From the NCBI GenBank assembly GCA_029258795.1, contig JAPDKB010000007.1, positions 224,001-288,000 of the forward strand: DNA of 64,000 nucleotides, in the 5' to 3' direction. The position numbers and the translations under genes were made by a program. The notes beneath the pieces were generated by a model that worked only from the letters and a program-made list of their open reading frames with translations, searched no databases and had not been told where the DNA came from. The stretch comes from an archaeon. GTDB taxonomy: Archaea > EX4484-52 > WAPT01. Position 1 is the first letter of the stretch. The number at the start of each line of letters is the position of its first letter. Below, one piece after another: positions 1 to 9,561 of this stretch.

Positions 1-278
1 TTGCAGAGACCTTCCAGAAATCTGTTCATCATTCTCTCAACAATCCCTCCATTTTCTCCATGGATCTCTTCCAAATAAACATCCATACTCATACTCTTGG
101 TCTCGTAACCCTCTCCTTTTTCCTGCAACACACTCTTTCCAACAGGGTTGGCGTATTTGTTTTCTATTTTGCTACGCAGCACAAGATTGCAATAACTTCT
201 GCATCTCTGCACGTACTCATTCTCTATGATTTCCTTCAGAATTCTGTAAAGATCCTCCTTGCTTACCTCGAGCTTCAT
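1..278 (-). CDS. hypothetical protein, partial (runs off the window start)
   Basis: Manual translation from ATG at 278: MKLEVSKEDLYRILKEIIENEYVQRCRSY..., open to base 1; divergent from the methylthiotransferase gene. Confidence 0.6.
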   Translation of the reverse strand, partial: MKLEVSKEDLYRILKEIIENEYVQRCRSYCNLVLRSKIENKYANPVGKSVLQEKGEGYETKSMSMDVYLEEIHGENGGIVERMMNRFLEGLC

Positions 279-329
279 GAGCGTTATTTCGCATCAAATT
301 TTAATTTTTCATCGCAAAACTCCGGAAAC

Positions 330-1649
330 ATGGAAAGGGAGAAGAGCGAAGCCAGAATTTACGTGGAAACATACGGATGCGCTGTTAACAGGAGCGATGC
401 GGAGATAATGAAGGGCTTGCTAGTCAAAGCTGGCTTTAAGCTCGTGGATAGCTGGCAAAGTGCTGATGTTGTCATCATCAACACATGTATAGTCAAGCAA
501 GCGACGATGAGCAGAATGCTTGCCCGTATAAGATTCTTCACCCAAAACTTCAGGCCGGAGAGAGTGGTGGTTGCCGGCTGCATATCCAAACCTTTCGGCA
601 AGAAGGTAAAGGAAATAAATCCGAGAGCTTCTCTTGTGGGCACTGAAGCGGTAAGTAGGATTGTGGATGCTGTGAGGGCTGTGCTTGAGGGCAAAAGAGT
701 TGAATTTCTGGAAGGAGAGGACGTTAAGCTCAAAATGCCGCGCGTGAGAAGCAATAAGAACATAGCCATAGTGCAGATAAGTTCTGGATGTCTAGGAGCT
801 TGCGCTTTCTGCGCTACCAGATTTGCGAGAGGGAAATTAAGGAGCTACCCTCCGGAAGATGTGGTGGAGGATGTGAAGCAGGCCATTGAGCAGGGATGCG
901 TGGAAATCTGGCTCACCAGTCAGGATAACGGGTGTTACGGCATGGACATAGGCACCAACTTGGCTGAGCTGTTGAAGATGATAACCTCTCAAGTTAGAGG
1001 CAGATACATGATCCGTGTGGGCATGATGAATCCTCACTTCGCAAAGCACATAATTAAAGATTTGATTCAGGCCTATCGCTCCAGAAAGATATACAAGTTC
1101 ATACACGTTCCTGTGCAATCCGGCTCTGACAGAGTGCTGAGAATAATGAAAAGACAACACACTGTACAAGATTTTGTGGATGTTGTGAATGCGTTCCGCA
1201 GAGTTTTTCCCCGCGTTTCCGTGTGGACTGATATCATTGTGGGTCATCCGGGCGAGGAGGAAGATGATTTCCGTAGGACGGTTGAGCTTATGAAAAGGGT
1301 CAAGCTAGATTTTATAAATGTTTCGCGCTTTTCAAGCCACGGCATAACCGAGGCAAGCAAGCTTGTTCAGCCACCAAGTCAGGTGAAGAAGGAGAGAAGC
1401 AGAATTATGACCAAGCTGATGAGACAGCTCTCATATGAGAGAAACAGGGAGTGGGTTGGGTGGAAAGGCGTTGTGCTCGTGACGGATTACGACACGAGCA
1501 AGAAGAACTGGATAGCCCACAACTACGCCTACAAGCAGGTGATCATAAAGGATGAAAATAAGGAGCTTAAGCTGGATGGAAAGTTCGTGAAGGTGAAGAT
1601 TGTGGATGCGGGGCACGCACATCTTGAGGGGGTGATCGTGAATGAGTGA
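330..1649 (+). CDS. mtaB: MiaB-like tRNA methylthiotransferase (archaeal MtaB/CDKAL1 type), radical SAM plus TRAM domain
   Basis: ETYGCxxN, INTCxV, CLGACAFC radical-SAM motif, HVPVQSGS, C-terminal TRAM domain; start moved to ATG 330 (MEREKSEARIY). Confidence 0.9.
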   Translation: MEREKSEARIYVETYGCAVNRSDAEIMKGLLVKAGFKLVDSWQSADVVIINTCIVKQATMSRMLARIRFFTQNFRPERVVVAGCISKPFGKKVKEINPRASLVGTEAVSRIVDAVRAVLEGKRVEFLEGEDVKLKMPRVRSNKNIAIVQISSGCLGACAFCATRFARGKLRSYPPEDVVEDVKQAIEQGCVEIWLTSQDNGCYGMDIGTNLAELLKMITSQVRGRYMIRVGMMNPHFAKHIIKDLIQAYRSRKIYKFIHVPVQSGSDRVLRIMKRQHTVQDFVDVVNAFRRVFPRVSVWTDIIVGHPGEEEDDFRRTVELMKRVKLDFINVSRFSSHGITEASKLVQPPSQVKKERSRIMTKLMRQLSYERNREWVGWKGVVLVTDYDTSKKNWIAHNYAYKQVIIKDENKELKLDGKFVKVKIVDAGHAHLEGVIVNE

Positions 1650-2052
1650 GAATTGTGATGGAAAATGTGTCTTCTGCACCATCCTGAAAGAGAGGAGAGA
1701 TGAAATTGTGGTTGAAAACGAGCACTGCTTTGCAATCTTTGACAAATATCCTGCTTCTGCAGGTCACATGCTGGTAGTGCCAAAAAGGCACGTTTCATCC
1801 TTCTTCGAGCTGGATGAAAGGGAGGTTGTGGATGCTTATAACCTCACCAAACGGGTTAAAGCTCTGCTGGACGAGAAATACAGACCGGATGGCTATAACG
1901 TCGGTGTCAACGTTGGTGGCGCAGCAGGCCAGACCATCTGGCATGTGCACATTCACGTCATTCCCCGCTACCTCGAAGATGTTAATAACCCAACTGGTGG
2001 TGTGAGAAACGTGATTCCGGGGAAGGGAGATTATACGAGGCTGCGAGATTAA
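1642..2052 (+). CDS. HIT family nucleotide hydrolase
   Basis: CVFC at N-terminus, GHMLVVPKRH, AGQTIWHVHIHVIPR histidine triad. Confidence 0.95.
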   Translation: MSENCDGKCVFCTILKERRDEIVVENEHCFAIFDKYPASAGHMLVVPKRHVSSFFELDEREVVDAYNLTKRVKALLDEKYRPDGYNVGVNVGGAAGQTIWHVHIHVIPRYLEDVNNPTGGVRNVIPGKGDYTRLRD

Positions 2053-2984
2053 CTATTGGCTGGCTTAGGCAGATTTTTCACCCATTCATCCAGCTTTTCC
2101 AGCACGCTTCGAGGGGTTTGATTTTGCAGATATTGCACAATATCTTCATCTTCAAGCATCTCCCTGGTTAAGGGCAGGGCAATGCCGTCAACTGTCCTCG
2201 CATCCTTCATGTGCAGCGAGAAGGGACATCTTGCAAGCTTACCGCTTGGTGTCTGGCTCGGATCAACGACTATGCGATCATGTCCCTTCTCGTGCCCACC
2301 AATCACAGGCAGTCCCGTTCTCTCCCGAACCTTTCTGACCCACGGGTTGAGAAGGTTGAAGAGAGAGGGGGTGGTTTTGGAATAGCTCAAATACTTGTCG
2401 TAGAAAGAGTGGTCAAGCTGCCTTTCAGGAAAGATGTAGAGATGGAAGGACGAGCCGGTCCACATCGCAAAAAGTTTAAAATCACCCACAAGCTTCCTGA
2501 AATTTTCATCGCTTTCCACTTCCTCCCACAGGGCAATAGCAACCTTCCTCGCATCTTCCGCTGCTATCCCCTTACCCCTGTCTATATCTATGAAGATCCT
2601 TTCTATCGGCTTGTCCTTGCCCTCGCCGTTTGTGGCATAATAATAATCCGCGAGCTTCCTCGGAGGAAAGTAGCTCCAAGCTTTAGCTTCTGCCTCACTC
2701 AACCTTTCCTTCACCTCTCCTAGGTGCTTCTCCCTCAGCCTCAAGAAATTGATATTGCTTGAGAGAGATGCCATCTCCTCCACACTTAACTTCGGGAGCT
2801 TGGAGCCCCTCTTCAGTATGAGCGGTCCATCAGGTATCCATATTTTGGATGCGAGCTCCTTTCCAGAAAGGAAATTCTCCAGCCGGGTTGAAACCACAGC
2901 ATAATAAGGCAGGACATCCAGAAATCCAAATGGTCTGAGCACATCCTCGCTCTCCAATAAAATTTCAAGCAACTCATCCGTCAT
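2049..2984 (-). CDS. archaeo-eukaryotic primase superfamily protein (LigD polymerase domain / Prim-Pol-like)
   Basis: IFIDID (motif I), WTGSSFHLY (motif II), VVDPSQTPSGKLARCPFSL (motif III region). Confidence 0.7.
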   Translation of the reverse strand: MTDELLEILLESEDVLRPFGFLDVLPYYAVVSTRLENFLSGKELASKIWIPDGPLILKRGSKLPKLSVEEMASLSSNINFLRLREKHLGEVKERLSEAEAKAWSYFPPRKLADYYYATNGEGKDKPIERIFIDIDRGKGIAAEDARKVAIALWEEVESDENFRKLVGDFKLFAMWTGSSFHLYIFPERQLDHSFYDKYLSYSKTTPSLFNLLNPWVRKVRERTGLPVIGGHEKGHDRIVVDPSQTPSGKLARCPFSLHMKDARTVDGIALPLTREMLEDEDIVQYLQNQTPRSVLEKLDEWVKNLPKPANS

Positions 2985-3020
2985 TACCCATATATTTGTT
3001 TCTATTCAAATTTATGTGTT

Positions 3021-3707
3021 ATGAACACTCAGGCAATGCAGCTTGTGAATGTCTGGAAGATCTACGAGCCCAGCAGCAGAGTAAGAGTTGAAGCGCTGAG
3101 AGGCGTTAACCTGTCCATAAAGCGGGGAGAGATGCTTGCCATAATGGGTCCGAGTGGCTCGGGCAAGAGCACGCTCATGTACATAATGGGGTGTCTGGAC
3201 AGACCCACTAAAGGGAAGGTGCTGATTAAAGGAAAGGATGTGTCAAAGCTGGATGATGATGCTCTCTCCCAAATAAGGCGCGAGTACATCGGCTTCGTGT
3301 TTCAGGCGTACAATCTCATCGCTAACCTTACTGCTCTGGAAAACGTCATGCTGCCGATGGCTTTCAGGGGGGTGGTCGGGGAAGAAGCGGAGAAGAAAGC
3401 GCTCGAGCTGCTCAGAATGGTTGGTATGGAAAAGCGTGCAAACCACAGGCCAAAAGAGCTGAGTGGTGGTGAGCAGCAGCGTGTGGCAATAGCTAGAGCT
3501 CTGGCTAACGATCCGGAAGTGATACTTGCGGATGAACCCACTGGCAACCTTGACAGCAAGAACACAGAGCAGATTATGGAGCTCTTTGAAAAGTTAAATA
3601 AAGAAAAAAACAAAACAATAGTTGTGGTAACACACGATGAAGCATGGGAAGAACATGTTGAAAGGGTGCTGAGAATAAAAGACGGTAAGATAGTTGAGGA
3701 GGTGTGA
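3021..3707 (+). CDS. ABC transporter ATP-binding protein, LolD/MacB type
   Basis: [40 protein letters not shown]. Confidence 0.95.
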   Translation: MNTQAMQLVNVWKIYEPSSRVRVEALRGVNLSIKRGEMLAIMGPSGSGKSTLMYIMGCLDRPTKGKVLIKGKDVSKLDDDALSQIRREYIGFVFQAYNLIANLTALENVMLPMAFRGVVGEEAEKKALELLRMVGMEKRANHRPKELSGGEQQRVAIARALANDPEVILADEPTGNLDSKNTEQIMELFEKLNKEKNKTIVVVTHDEAWEEHVERVLRIKDGKIVEEV

Positions 3708-3710
3708 AAG

Positions 3711-4937
3711 ATGAGAAATGTGCTTTTAATTTTGGCGTTTATGGGAATGGTGTTGGCTTTTGTTCCATGCTCAGCGGCGCAGAGCAGCGTTGCTCTTGAA
3801 GTTAGCGTGACCAAATACGAGCCATATCCCGCTGTGCCCGGCAACTACGTTGATGTGTGGATAAGTGTGAAAAATGTTGGAATGGCGGCTGCTCCTGATG
3901 CTGAGCTTGAGGTATTGGAAGCGTTTCCCTTCTCGAAGCTTGAAGGTTATGAATACACATGGCATGTTGGTAGGCTCAGTCCGGGGGAAAGCGCGGTTAA
4001 GATGTTCCGGCTGGCTGTTGACAGGAATGCTGTAGCGGGAGCGAACAAGCTGAAGGTTAAGTACACTTCTGACACTTCCTCCGATGTCTGGGTGGTTAAA
4101 GAGTTGGATGTGGAGGTACAGCCCTACCAGTCCTTCATCTCCATCGAGGAGGTTAAGGTGAATGGCACGCCTTATCCCGGCACCACGTCGGAGCTCGTTT
4201 TGAAAGTAAAGAATGGCGCGTCAGCATACCTGAAAAATGTTAGGCTTACTCTCTCTCCCCTTGTGGAGGAAAATGCTAGGATAGTGCCTTTGGGTGCTTC
4301 AACAAAGGTCATTGATGTTATGGCTCCGCTTGAGGAGAAGGAATTGGTTTTCTCCCTTGCAATCGATTCGGGAACAAAAGCAGGGGTGTATGTGCTCCCG
4401 CTTTCCATATCATATTATGATGAAGCAGGCACGATTTACACACAGAACGAGAATGTGGGGGTGGTGGTTAATGGAAAACCTCAGCTCAAGGTGGTGGTTG
4501 AAAGCTCAAACGATTATGTTGTGAGAGGCAGGATAAACGATTTGCGCGTATCCGTCATAAACACTGGCACAGTTGATGCGGAGTTCGTTGAGGTGAGGGT
4601 TGGAAACTCTGAGGATTTCGTGGTTCTCGGAGAGAGCGAAAAGTATATCGGCAGTGTGGAAAGTGACGATAAGGAGACGTTTGTGGTAAATTCCTATGTC
4701 TATCCTAATGCCCATAAGAACATGGTGGTGCCTATCCATCTAGAATACATGGACGTTATGGGCTCAAAATATGTGGAAGATAGGAATGTAGTTGTCAAAA
4801 CCTATTCCATGGAAGAGCTTGTGAAGTATGGTGCCACCAATGAAACCCACTCCAAGTACATATATCTAGTCATCTTTCTCCTCGTGCTCTACTTTGCATG
4901 GAGGAAGGGCTGGCTAACTAAAAAGAAGAGAAAGTGA
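3711..4937 (+). CDS. COG1361-like membrane-anchored beta-sandwich (S-layer-domain) accessory protein of the ABC exporter
   Basis: Signal peptide, YEPYPAVPG, repeated VKNxG Ig-like modules, C-terminal TM helix with basic tail; lies between ATPase and permease. Confidence 0.75.
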   Translation: MRNVLLILAFMGMVLAFVPCSAAQSSVALEVSVTKYEPYPAVPGNYVDVWISVKNVGMAAAPDAELEVLEAFPFSKLEGYEYTWHVGRLSPGESAVKMFRLAVDRNAVAGANKLKVKYTSDTSSDVWVVKELDVEVQPYQSFISIEEVKVNGTPYPGTTSELVLKVKNGASAYLKNVRLTLSPLVEENARIVPLGASTKVIDVMAPLEEKELVFSLAIDSGTKAGVYVLPLSISYYDEAGTIYTQNENVGVVVNGKPQLKVVVESSNDYVVRGRINDLRVSVINTGTVDAEFVEVRVGNSEDFVVLGESEKYIGSVESDDKETFVVNSYVYPNAHKNMVVPIHLEYMDVMGSKYVEDRNVVVKTYSMEELVKYGATNETHSKYIYLVIFLLVLYFAWRKGWLTKKKRK

Positions 4938-4947
4938 TGATAACAAA

Positions 4948-6174
4948 GTGGATAGCATGCTGAGAACGCTTTTCACGATAGCTCTCAGGAACCTTTTCAC
5001 CAGAAGAAAGAGGAGTTTTCTCACAATCATAGGGATCTTCATAGGCATAACTGCCGTTGTCGCCCTCATTTCCCTGGGAAAAGGTATGGAGGAAGCCATA
5101 TTAGGTCAGTTTGAAAGGATGGGTTCTGATGTCATAACTGTAATTGCTCTTTCTGGTGGAGCGGCAACACCTATGGCATCGCTTATATCACCCACACCTC
5201 TAACTGATAAAGATGCGAAACTCATAGAATCCATAAATGGCGTGGAAAGGGTGAGCAGATGGGCTCTCATGCCGGATGCCGTGTTCATTGATGGGGAGCG
5301 TGTCGACACATTTGTGACAGGGGTGGATCCAGAAAACATAGATTTGCTGATAGGCGAGACCAAATGGAAAATAATAGCGGGGAGGAATCTTGAGAAGGGT
5401 GATAAGTATAGAGCTATTATGGGTTATGATTTTTATTCCGGCTTTGGTGTGCCGAAGCTCGAGATATACGACAAGATTGTGATAAGAGGACACGAGTTCC
5501 GTGTTGTGGGCTTCATCGAAAAAGTCGGTAACAGGCAGGATGACAGAAGTATAATCATTCCGCTTGACACGATGAGGGAGATGTACGGGATGGAGGACAG
5601 GCTCAGCCTGATATACATAAAGGTTATGGATGGGTATGATGTGGATGAGGTTGCTGAGAGAATAAGAGAAGAGTTGCGCGATAAGAGAAATGAAAAGGAA
5701 GGTCATGAAACGTTTCAGGTGTCAACCGCCAAAGAGCTGCTGGAAATTGTGGGTAGAGTCCTTGCAATAGTGCAGGCGGTTCTTGTGGGTATAGCAGCCA
5801 TTTCCCTCCTTGTTGGAGGAGTGGGTATAATGAATACCATGTATACTTCAACACTGGAGAGAACGAAAGACATAGGTATAATGAAAGCTGTAGGGGCAAG
5901 GAAACGGGATATCCTGCTCATCTTTTTATTCGAATCCGGGCTGCTGGGGTTACTTGGTGGGGTGATTGGTGTGATAGCCGGACTTTTCTTGGCCAAGGTA
6001 GTGGAAATTGGCGCAGCAGCCTATTATGGCTTTGAGCTGATAAAAGCATCCTACAATCCCTTTTTGATAGGTGGGGCTCTGCTCTTCTCCTTCTTCGTGG
6101 GAGCAATAGCGGGGTTCATCCCCGCCAAAAACGCTGCAGAGCTTGACCCCGTTGAGGCTTTGAGGTATGAGTGA
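4948..6174 (+). CDS. ABC transporter permease, MacB/FtsX family
   Basis: RSFLTIIGIFIGI, GIMNTMYTSTLERTKDIGIMKAVGA, PAKNAAELDPVEALRYE. Confidence 0.95.
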   Translation: MDSMLRTLFTIALRNLFTRRKRSFLTIIGIFIGITAVVALISLGKGMEEAILGQFERMGSDVITVIALSGGAATPMASLISPTPLTDKDAKLIESINGVERVSRWALMPDAVFIDGERVDTFVTGVDPENIDLLIGETKWKIIAGRNLEKGDKYRAIMGYDFYSGFGVPKLEIYDKIVIRGHEFRVVGFIEKVGNRQDDRSIIIPLDTMREMYGMEDRLSLIYIKVMDGYDVDEVAERIREELRDKRNEKEGHETFQVSTAKELLEIVGRVLAIVQAVLVGIAAISLLVGGVGIMNTMYTSTLERTKDIGIMKAVGARKRDILLIFLFESGLLGLLGGVIGVIAGLFLAKVVEIGAAAYYGFELIKASYNPFLIGGALLFSFFVGAIAGFIPAKNAAELDPVEALRYE

Positions 6175-6208
6175 GCCATTAAAAAATCTTTCCTCCCAAC
6201 AGAAATGC

Positions 6209-7141
6209 ATGTTCTTTCGGAAAAAGAAGAGGAGAATCGTGCTGGAAACTCGGAAACTGAGGTATGGATACAGAGATAAAGACGTGCTGAAGGGCATTGA
6301 TTTGAGTGTGAAAGCAGGTACAATTCTTGCTCTCATAGGGCCGAGCGGTTCTGGCAAGAGCACCCTGCTGAAAATACTTACCGGAGAACTGAAAAAGAGA
6401 AAAGGTGTGGTGAAGAAAAAAAGGCGCTTTCTCTTCCCGCTTCCCATCGGTTATGTTCCGCAGGAGCTGGCGCTCCTTCCAAACTTAACACTGCGCGAGA
6501 ATGTGAGGATTTTTGGAAACTTGTATGGGTTGAGTGGAAAGGAAGCGGAAAAAAGAGGGATTAAGCTGGCAAGCATGCTGAACATGCGAGATTTGATGGA
6601 TAGGAGGATAAAAAACATGTCCGGAGGGCAGAGGGTGAGAGCCAACGTCATGTGCTCTGTCTTGCATGACCCTACAATCATCCTTGCTGATGAACCGTTT
6701 ACCGGGCTTGACTTCAACAACAGAATCTTGCTGTGGAAATTTTTGCTCAAGATGAAGAAGAAAGGCAAGGCGATAGTGCTTACTACCCACAACCTGAATG
6801 AAGCTGAGAAATTCTGCGATGAGATTGTGATTCTCAAGCAGGGCAGGGTGCTTGTGAAGGGCAAACCTTCCTTCATCAGAGAGAAGTTGCGCGCGGGTCT
6901 GTGGCTGGAAATCGTGGTTAAAGGAAGTATTGGAAAGTTTGTGGGTGAGCTCCAGAAAATTTGTGAGAAAAACGACATGGTTCTGGTTGTTTACGATTCC
7001 TCACGATTTGCAGTGATGATGAAGGATGAAAATGAGAGGAAGAAAGTTGAATCGGTGCTGAGAAAAGCGGGCGTGGAGTTTGAGATTGTTGAGGCGAGAG
7101 TGCCGACGCTGGATGAAATATTCCTGAAGGTGGGTTCGTGA
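6209..7141 (+). CDS. ABC-2 type transporter ATP-binding protein
   Basis: [30 protein letters not shown]; start probably ATG 6209. Confidence 0.9.
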   Translation: MFFRKKKRRIVLETRKLRYGYRDKDVLKGIDLSVKAGTILALIGPSGSGKSTLLKILTGELKKRKGVVKKKRRFLFPLPIGYVPQELALLPNLTLRENVRIFGNLYGLSGKEAEKRGIKLASMLNMRDLMDRRIKNMSGGQRVRANVMCSVLHDPTIILADEPFTGLDFNNRILLWKFLLKMKKKGKAIVLTTHNLNEAEKFCDEIVILKQGRVLVKGKPSFIREKLRAGLWLEIVVKGSIGKFVGELQKICEKNDMVLVVYDSSRFAVMMKDENERKKVESVLRKAGVEFEIVEARVPTLDEIFLKVGS

Positions 7142-8391
7142 TGCTCCACTACAAGATAGCCGGCCTCGTGAAGAAGGACTGGAAACTGCTTCTGCAGGGT
7201 AAAAGCTATCTTGCTGTTGCAGCACTCCTCCCTCTTATTCTGGGAGTTGTGTTTGTCGCTTCCACCAAGTATAATGTAAGCAACTTGAGAATTGGTGTAT
7301 GTGCCGAGGATGAAAAGCAAGACATCTCCATGCTATTTCACAATGCTGAAAATGTTGGTGAGATAAGGGTTGTGCACGGAGAGAATGAGAGTTGTTCTGC
7401 GGTGCTGGAAGAGATGATAAAAAGTGGTGAGATTCATGTTGGCATAGCAGTACCACGCGGCTTTTTTGAGAACGTCAGCTCATACAGGAAAAGCAAGCTG
7501 GTCCTTATGGTGGATAACACCAAACCCGTTATGGCACGACTTGCCGAAATGGTGAGCGAGGAAATCGTTGAAAGCTCAGCTTATCAACTAAGGCAGGAGG
7601 CAAGGACCGAGCTATCCACCAGAATCGAGCTGGTAAAAGATGCGATGGAGCTGGTGGAAAGTGCGGCTCGCAATTATCCTGCAATCGTGCTGTTGCTTGA
7701 AACTATGAAGAGGAAGGTTGAAAGTGTTGAAAATGTGGACCTGGAGTTTTTCGTCACACCTGCGGAGGTTGAGGTTCATTATCTCCACCCCGAAATCGAT
7801 TTGAAGGGCTCCGTGTTCATTTACCTCCTTTCCATCCTGCTCTTCTTCACAGTAGTTATGCTCTCAGCTCTTACCGTGGTGTTTGAAAGAAACAATGGCT
7901 TTTTCAGCAGGATGAGAAATGCATCCATACCTTACGCGCTCTACCTTTTAAGCAAGATGCTCGTGTTTTTCCTTTTCTCAGCGCTTCAGCTGGTGGTGCT
8001 TTTAGCTGTGTTCTTGCTTGCCGGTGCTTCCCTTCCGTTGTGGAACCTCGCCTCCTTCACAAATATGATTGCTGCGATAGCATTCATATCATTTATATAC
8101 GCTCTTATTGGCGTTATCATAGGCAATGTGGTGAAGGAGAGTGGGGAAGCTGTGCTCGCAACGCTTTTACTTGCGCTTCCCATGACCTTCATGACTCACC
8201 TCTTTTATCCCCTTGATCTTCTCTCACCAAAAGTGTACAAGTTCGTCATGCTCATGCCCATAAACTATAGTAACTACCTGCTGAACAGCGCGCTCACAGC
8301 TGTCAAGCTCCCGCTTGAAAGTGTTATGTGGATGTTGATTGTTCTCTTTCTTGCAGCACATGTGAGCTGTGCTCTCTCAAGGAAGACGTGA
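7138..8391 (+). CDS. ABC-2 type permease
   Basis: N-terminal TM, extracellular loop, five to six C-terminal TMs, VVFERNNG motif; overlaps the ATPase stop. Confidence 0.85.
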   Translation: MMLHYKIAGLVKKDWKLLLQGKSYLAVAALLPLILGVVFVASTKYNVSNLRIGVCAEDEKQDISMLFHNAENVGEIRVVHGENESCSAVLEEMIKSGEIHVGIAVPRGFFENVSSYRKSKLVLMVDNTKPVMARLAEMVSEEIVESSAYQLRQEARTELSTRIELVKDAMELVESAARNYPAIVLLLETMKRKVESVENVDLEFFVTPAEVEVHYLHPEIDLKGSVFIYLLSILLFFTVVMLSALTVVFERNNGFFSRMRNASIPYALYLLSKMLVFFLFSALQLVVLLAVFLLAGASLPLWNLASFTNMIAAIAFISFIYALIGVIIGNVVKESGEAVLATLLLALPMTFMTHLFYPLDLLSPKVYKFVMLMPINYSNYLLNSALTAVKLPLESVMWMLIVLFLAAHVSCALSRKT

Positions 8392-8413
8392 AGGAGCTGA
8401 AGGGTGGTGAAGC

Positions 8414-9022
8414 TTGAAACCAAAACTCAAGCTGATTGTGGAGCACCTCGAGCCCAAGCTCACGGAATGGCTATTGCTGGAGTACAGGCATGCTTCGAAG
8501 TGGTGGTATCCTGATCTAATTTTCACGAATGTGAAGAGCGGTGAAGATGCGGAAAAGCTCGGGCAGCTGGGTGAGGTGATGAGGGAGAGATTCTATGAAG
8601 TTGTGGAAGAGAGTGACAAGATTGTGGTGCTCGACCCTTTTGGGGAAAAGGTGCTTGAGCCCGAAGATTTGAAGGATGCGAGCTTTGTTGTGATAGGAGG
8701 GATATGCGGAGATGTGGAATTTGATGGCAGAACAAGGAAGATGGTGACCGCGCAAGCTTTGTCCTGCTTGAGGAATGTCGTGGTGCGAAACCTCGGCAGG
8801 GTTCATTTCCCCATAGATCAGGCAGCGATAATTGCAAAGCTGGTGGCCGAGGGGAGGAAGCTGGATGAAATAGAGGTGAGGGAAGGCATGGACATCGTGC
8901 TGGAGGAAAGCCGGGGGTTTAAGCGGGTGGTTCACCTTCCTTACGGGTACGTCGTGATCAACGACAGGGTTCAGCTCGCCGATGGCTTCACAGAATTCCT
9001 CAAAAAGGGGTGGGAACTCTGA
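8414..9022 (+). CDS. Sfm1-like SPOUT SAM-dependent methyltransferase
   Basis: IVEHLE...WLLLEY, VLDP, FVVIGGICGD...GRT. Confidence 0.8.
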   Translation: MKPKLKLIVEHLEPKLTEWLLLEYRHASKWWYPDLIFTNVKSGEDAEKLGQLGEVMRERFYEVVEESDKIVVLDPFGEKVLEPEDLKDASFVVIGGICGDVEFDGRTRKMVTAQALSCLRNVVVRNLGRVHFPIDQAAIIAKLVAEGRKLDEIEVREGMDIVLEESRGFKRVVHLPYGYVVINDRVQLADGFTEFLKKGWEL

Positions 9023-9561
9023 AGGAGTTCAGGATCGTGATAACCGGCAGGCCGGGGGTTGGAAAGAGCACGATGGTTAAGCTTGCGGTGGAGCTTTTGA
9101 AGGAGCATGGCGCAAGAGTGGTTGGCTTTTACACTGAGGAGATCAGGGATGAGAGCGGGAGACGTGTTGGGTTTGATGTTGTGGACGTTGAATCTCAGGA
9201 AAGATTTGCGCTGGCGAGAAAAGGGAAGGATGCCGAGAGAAAGCTCGGAAGTTATGGCGTAATGGTGAAGGAATTTGAGAGTTATCTTACGGGTCTGGAG
9301 AAAAGGATTGACAGCGCTGAAGTTGTGGTGGTGGATGAGCTCGGTCCGATGGAGTTCTTCAGCAGGAAGTTCGTGGAGCTCATGAAAAGAGTTGCAGAAA
9401 TGAAACGCTGGATTATTACGCACCACTTCCGTGCCAAGAATTACCAGGTTGTCAGAAATTTCTTGGAGCGTGCAACATGGAAATGCGCGCTTACTCCAGA
9501 AAACAGAGATGAGAAAATGGAGGTACTGCTTAAACTACTCCAAACATCTTTAGAAATATAG
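9010..9561 (+). CDS. THEP1-family nucleoside triphosphatase (NTPase_1)
   Basis: ITGRPGVGKST, GFYTEEIR...GRRVGF, VVVDELGPME. Confidence 0.9.
   Translation: MGTLKEFRIVITGRPGVGKSTMVKLAVELLKEHGARVVGFYTEEIRDESGRRVGFDVVDVESQERFALARKGKDAERKLGSYGVMVKEFESYLTGLEKRIDSAEVVVVDELGPMEFFSRKFVELMKRVAEMKRWIITHHFRAKNYQVVRNFLERATWKCALTPENRDEKMEVLLKLLQTSLEI

Noticed and set aside
60-329. 90-aa N-terminal extension of the methylthiotransferase in the ORF track
   Set aside because: It is the antisense shadow of a minus-strand gene (1..278); family similarity begins after ATG 330
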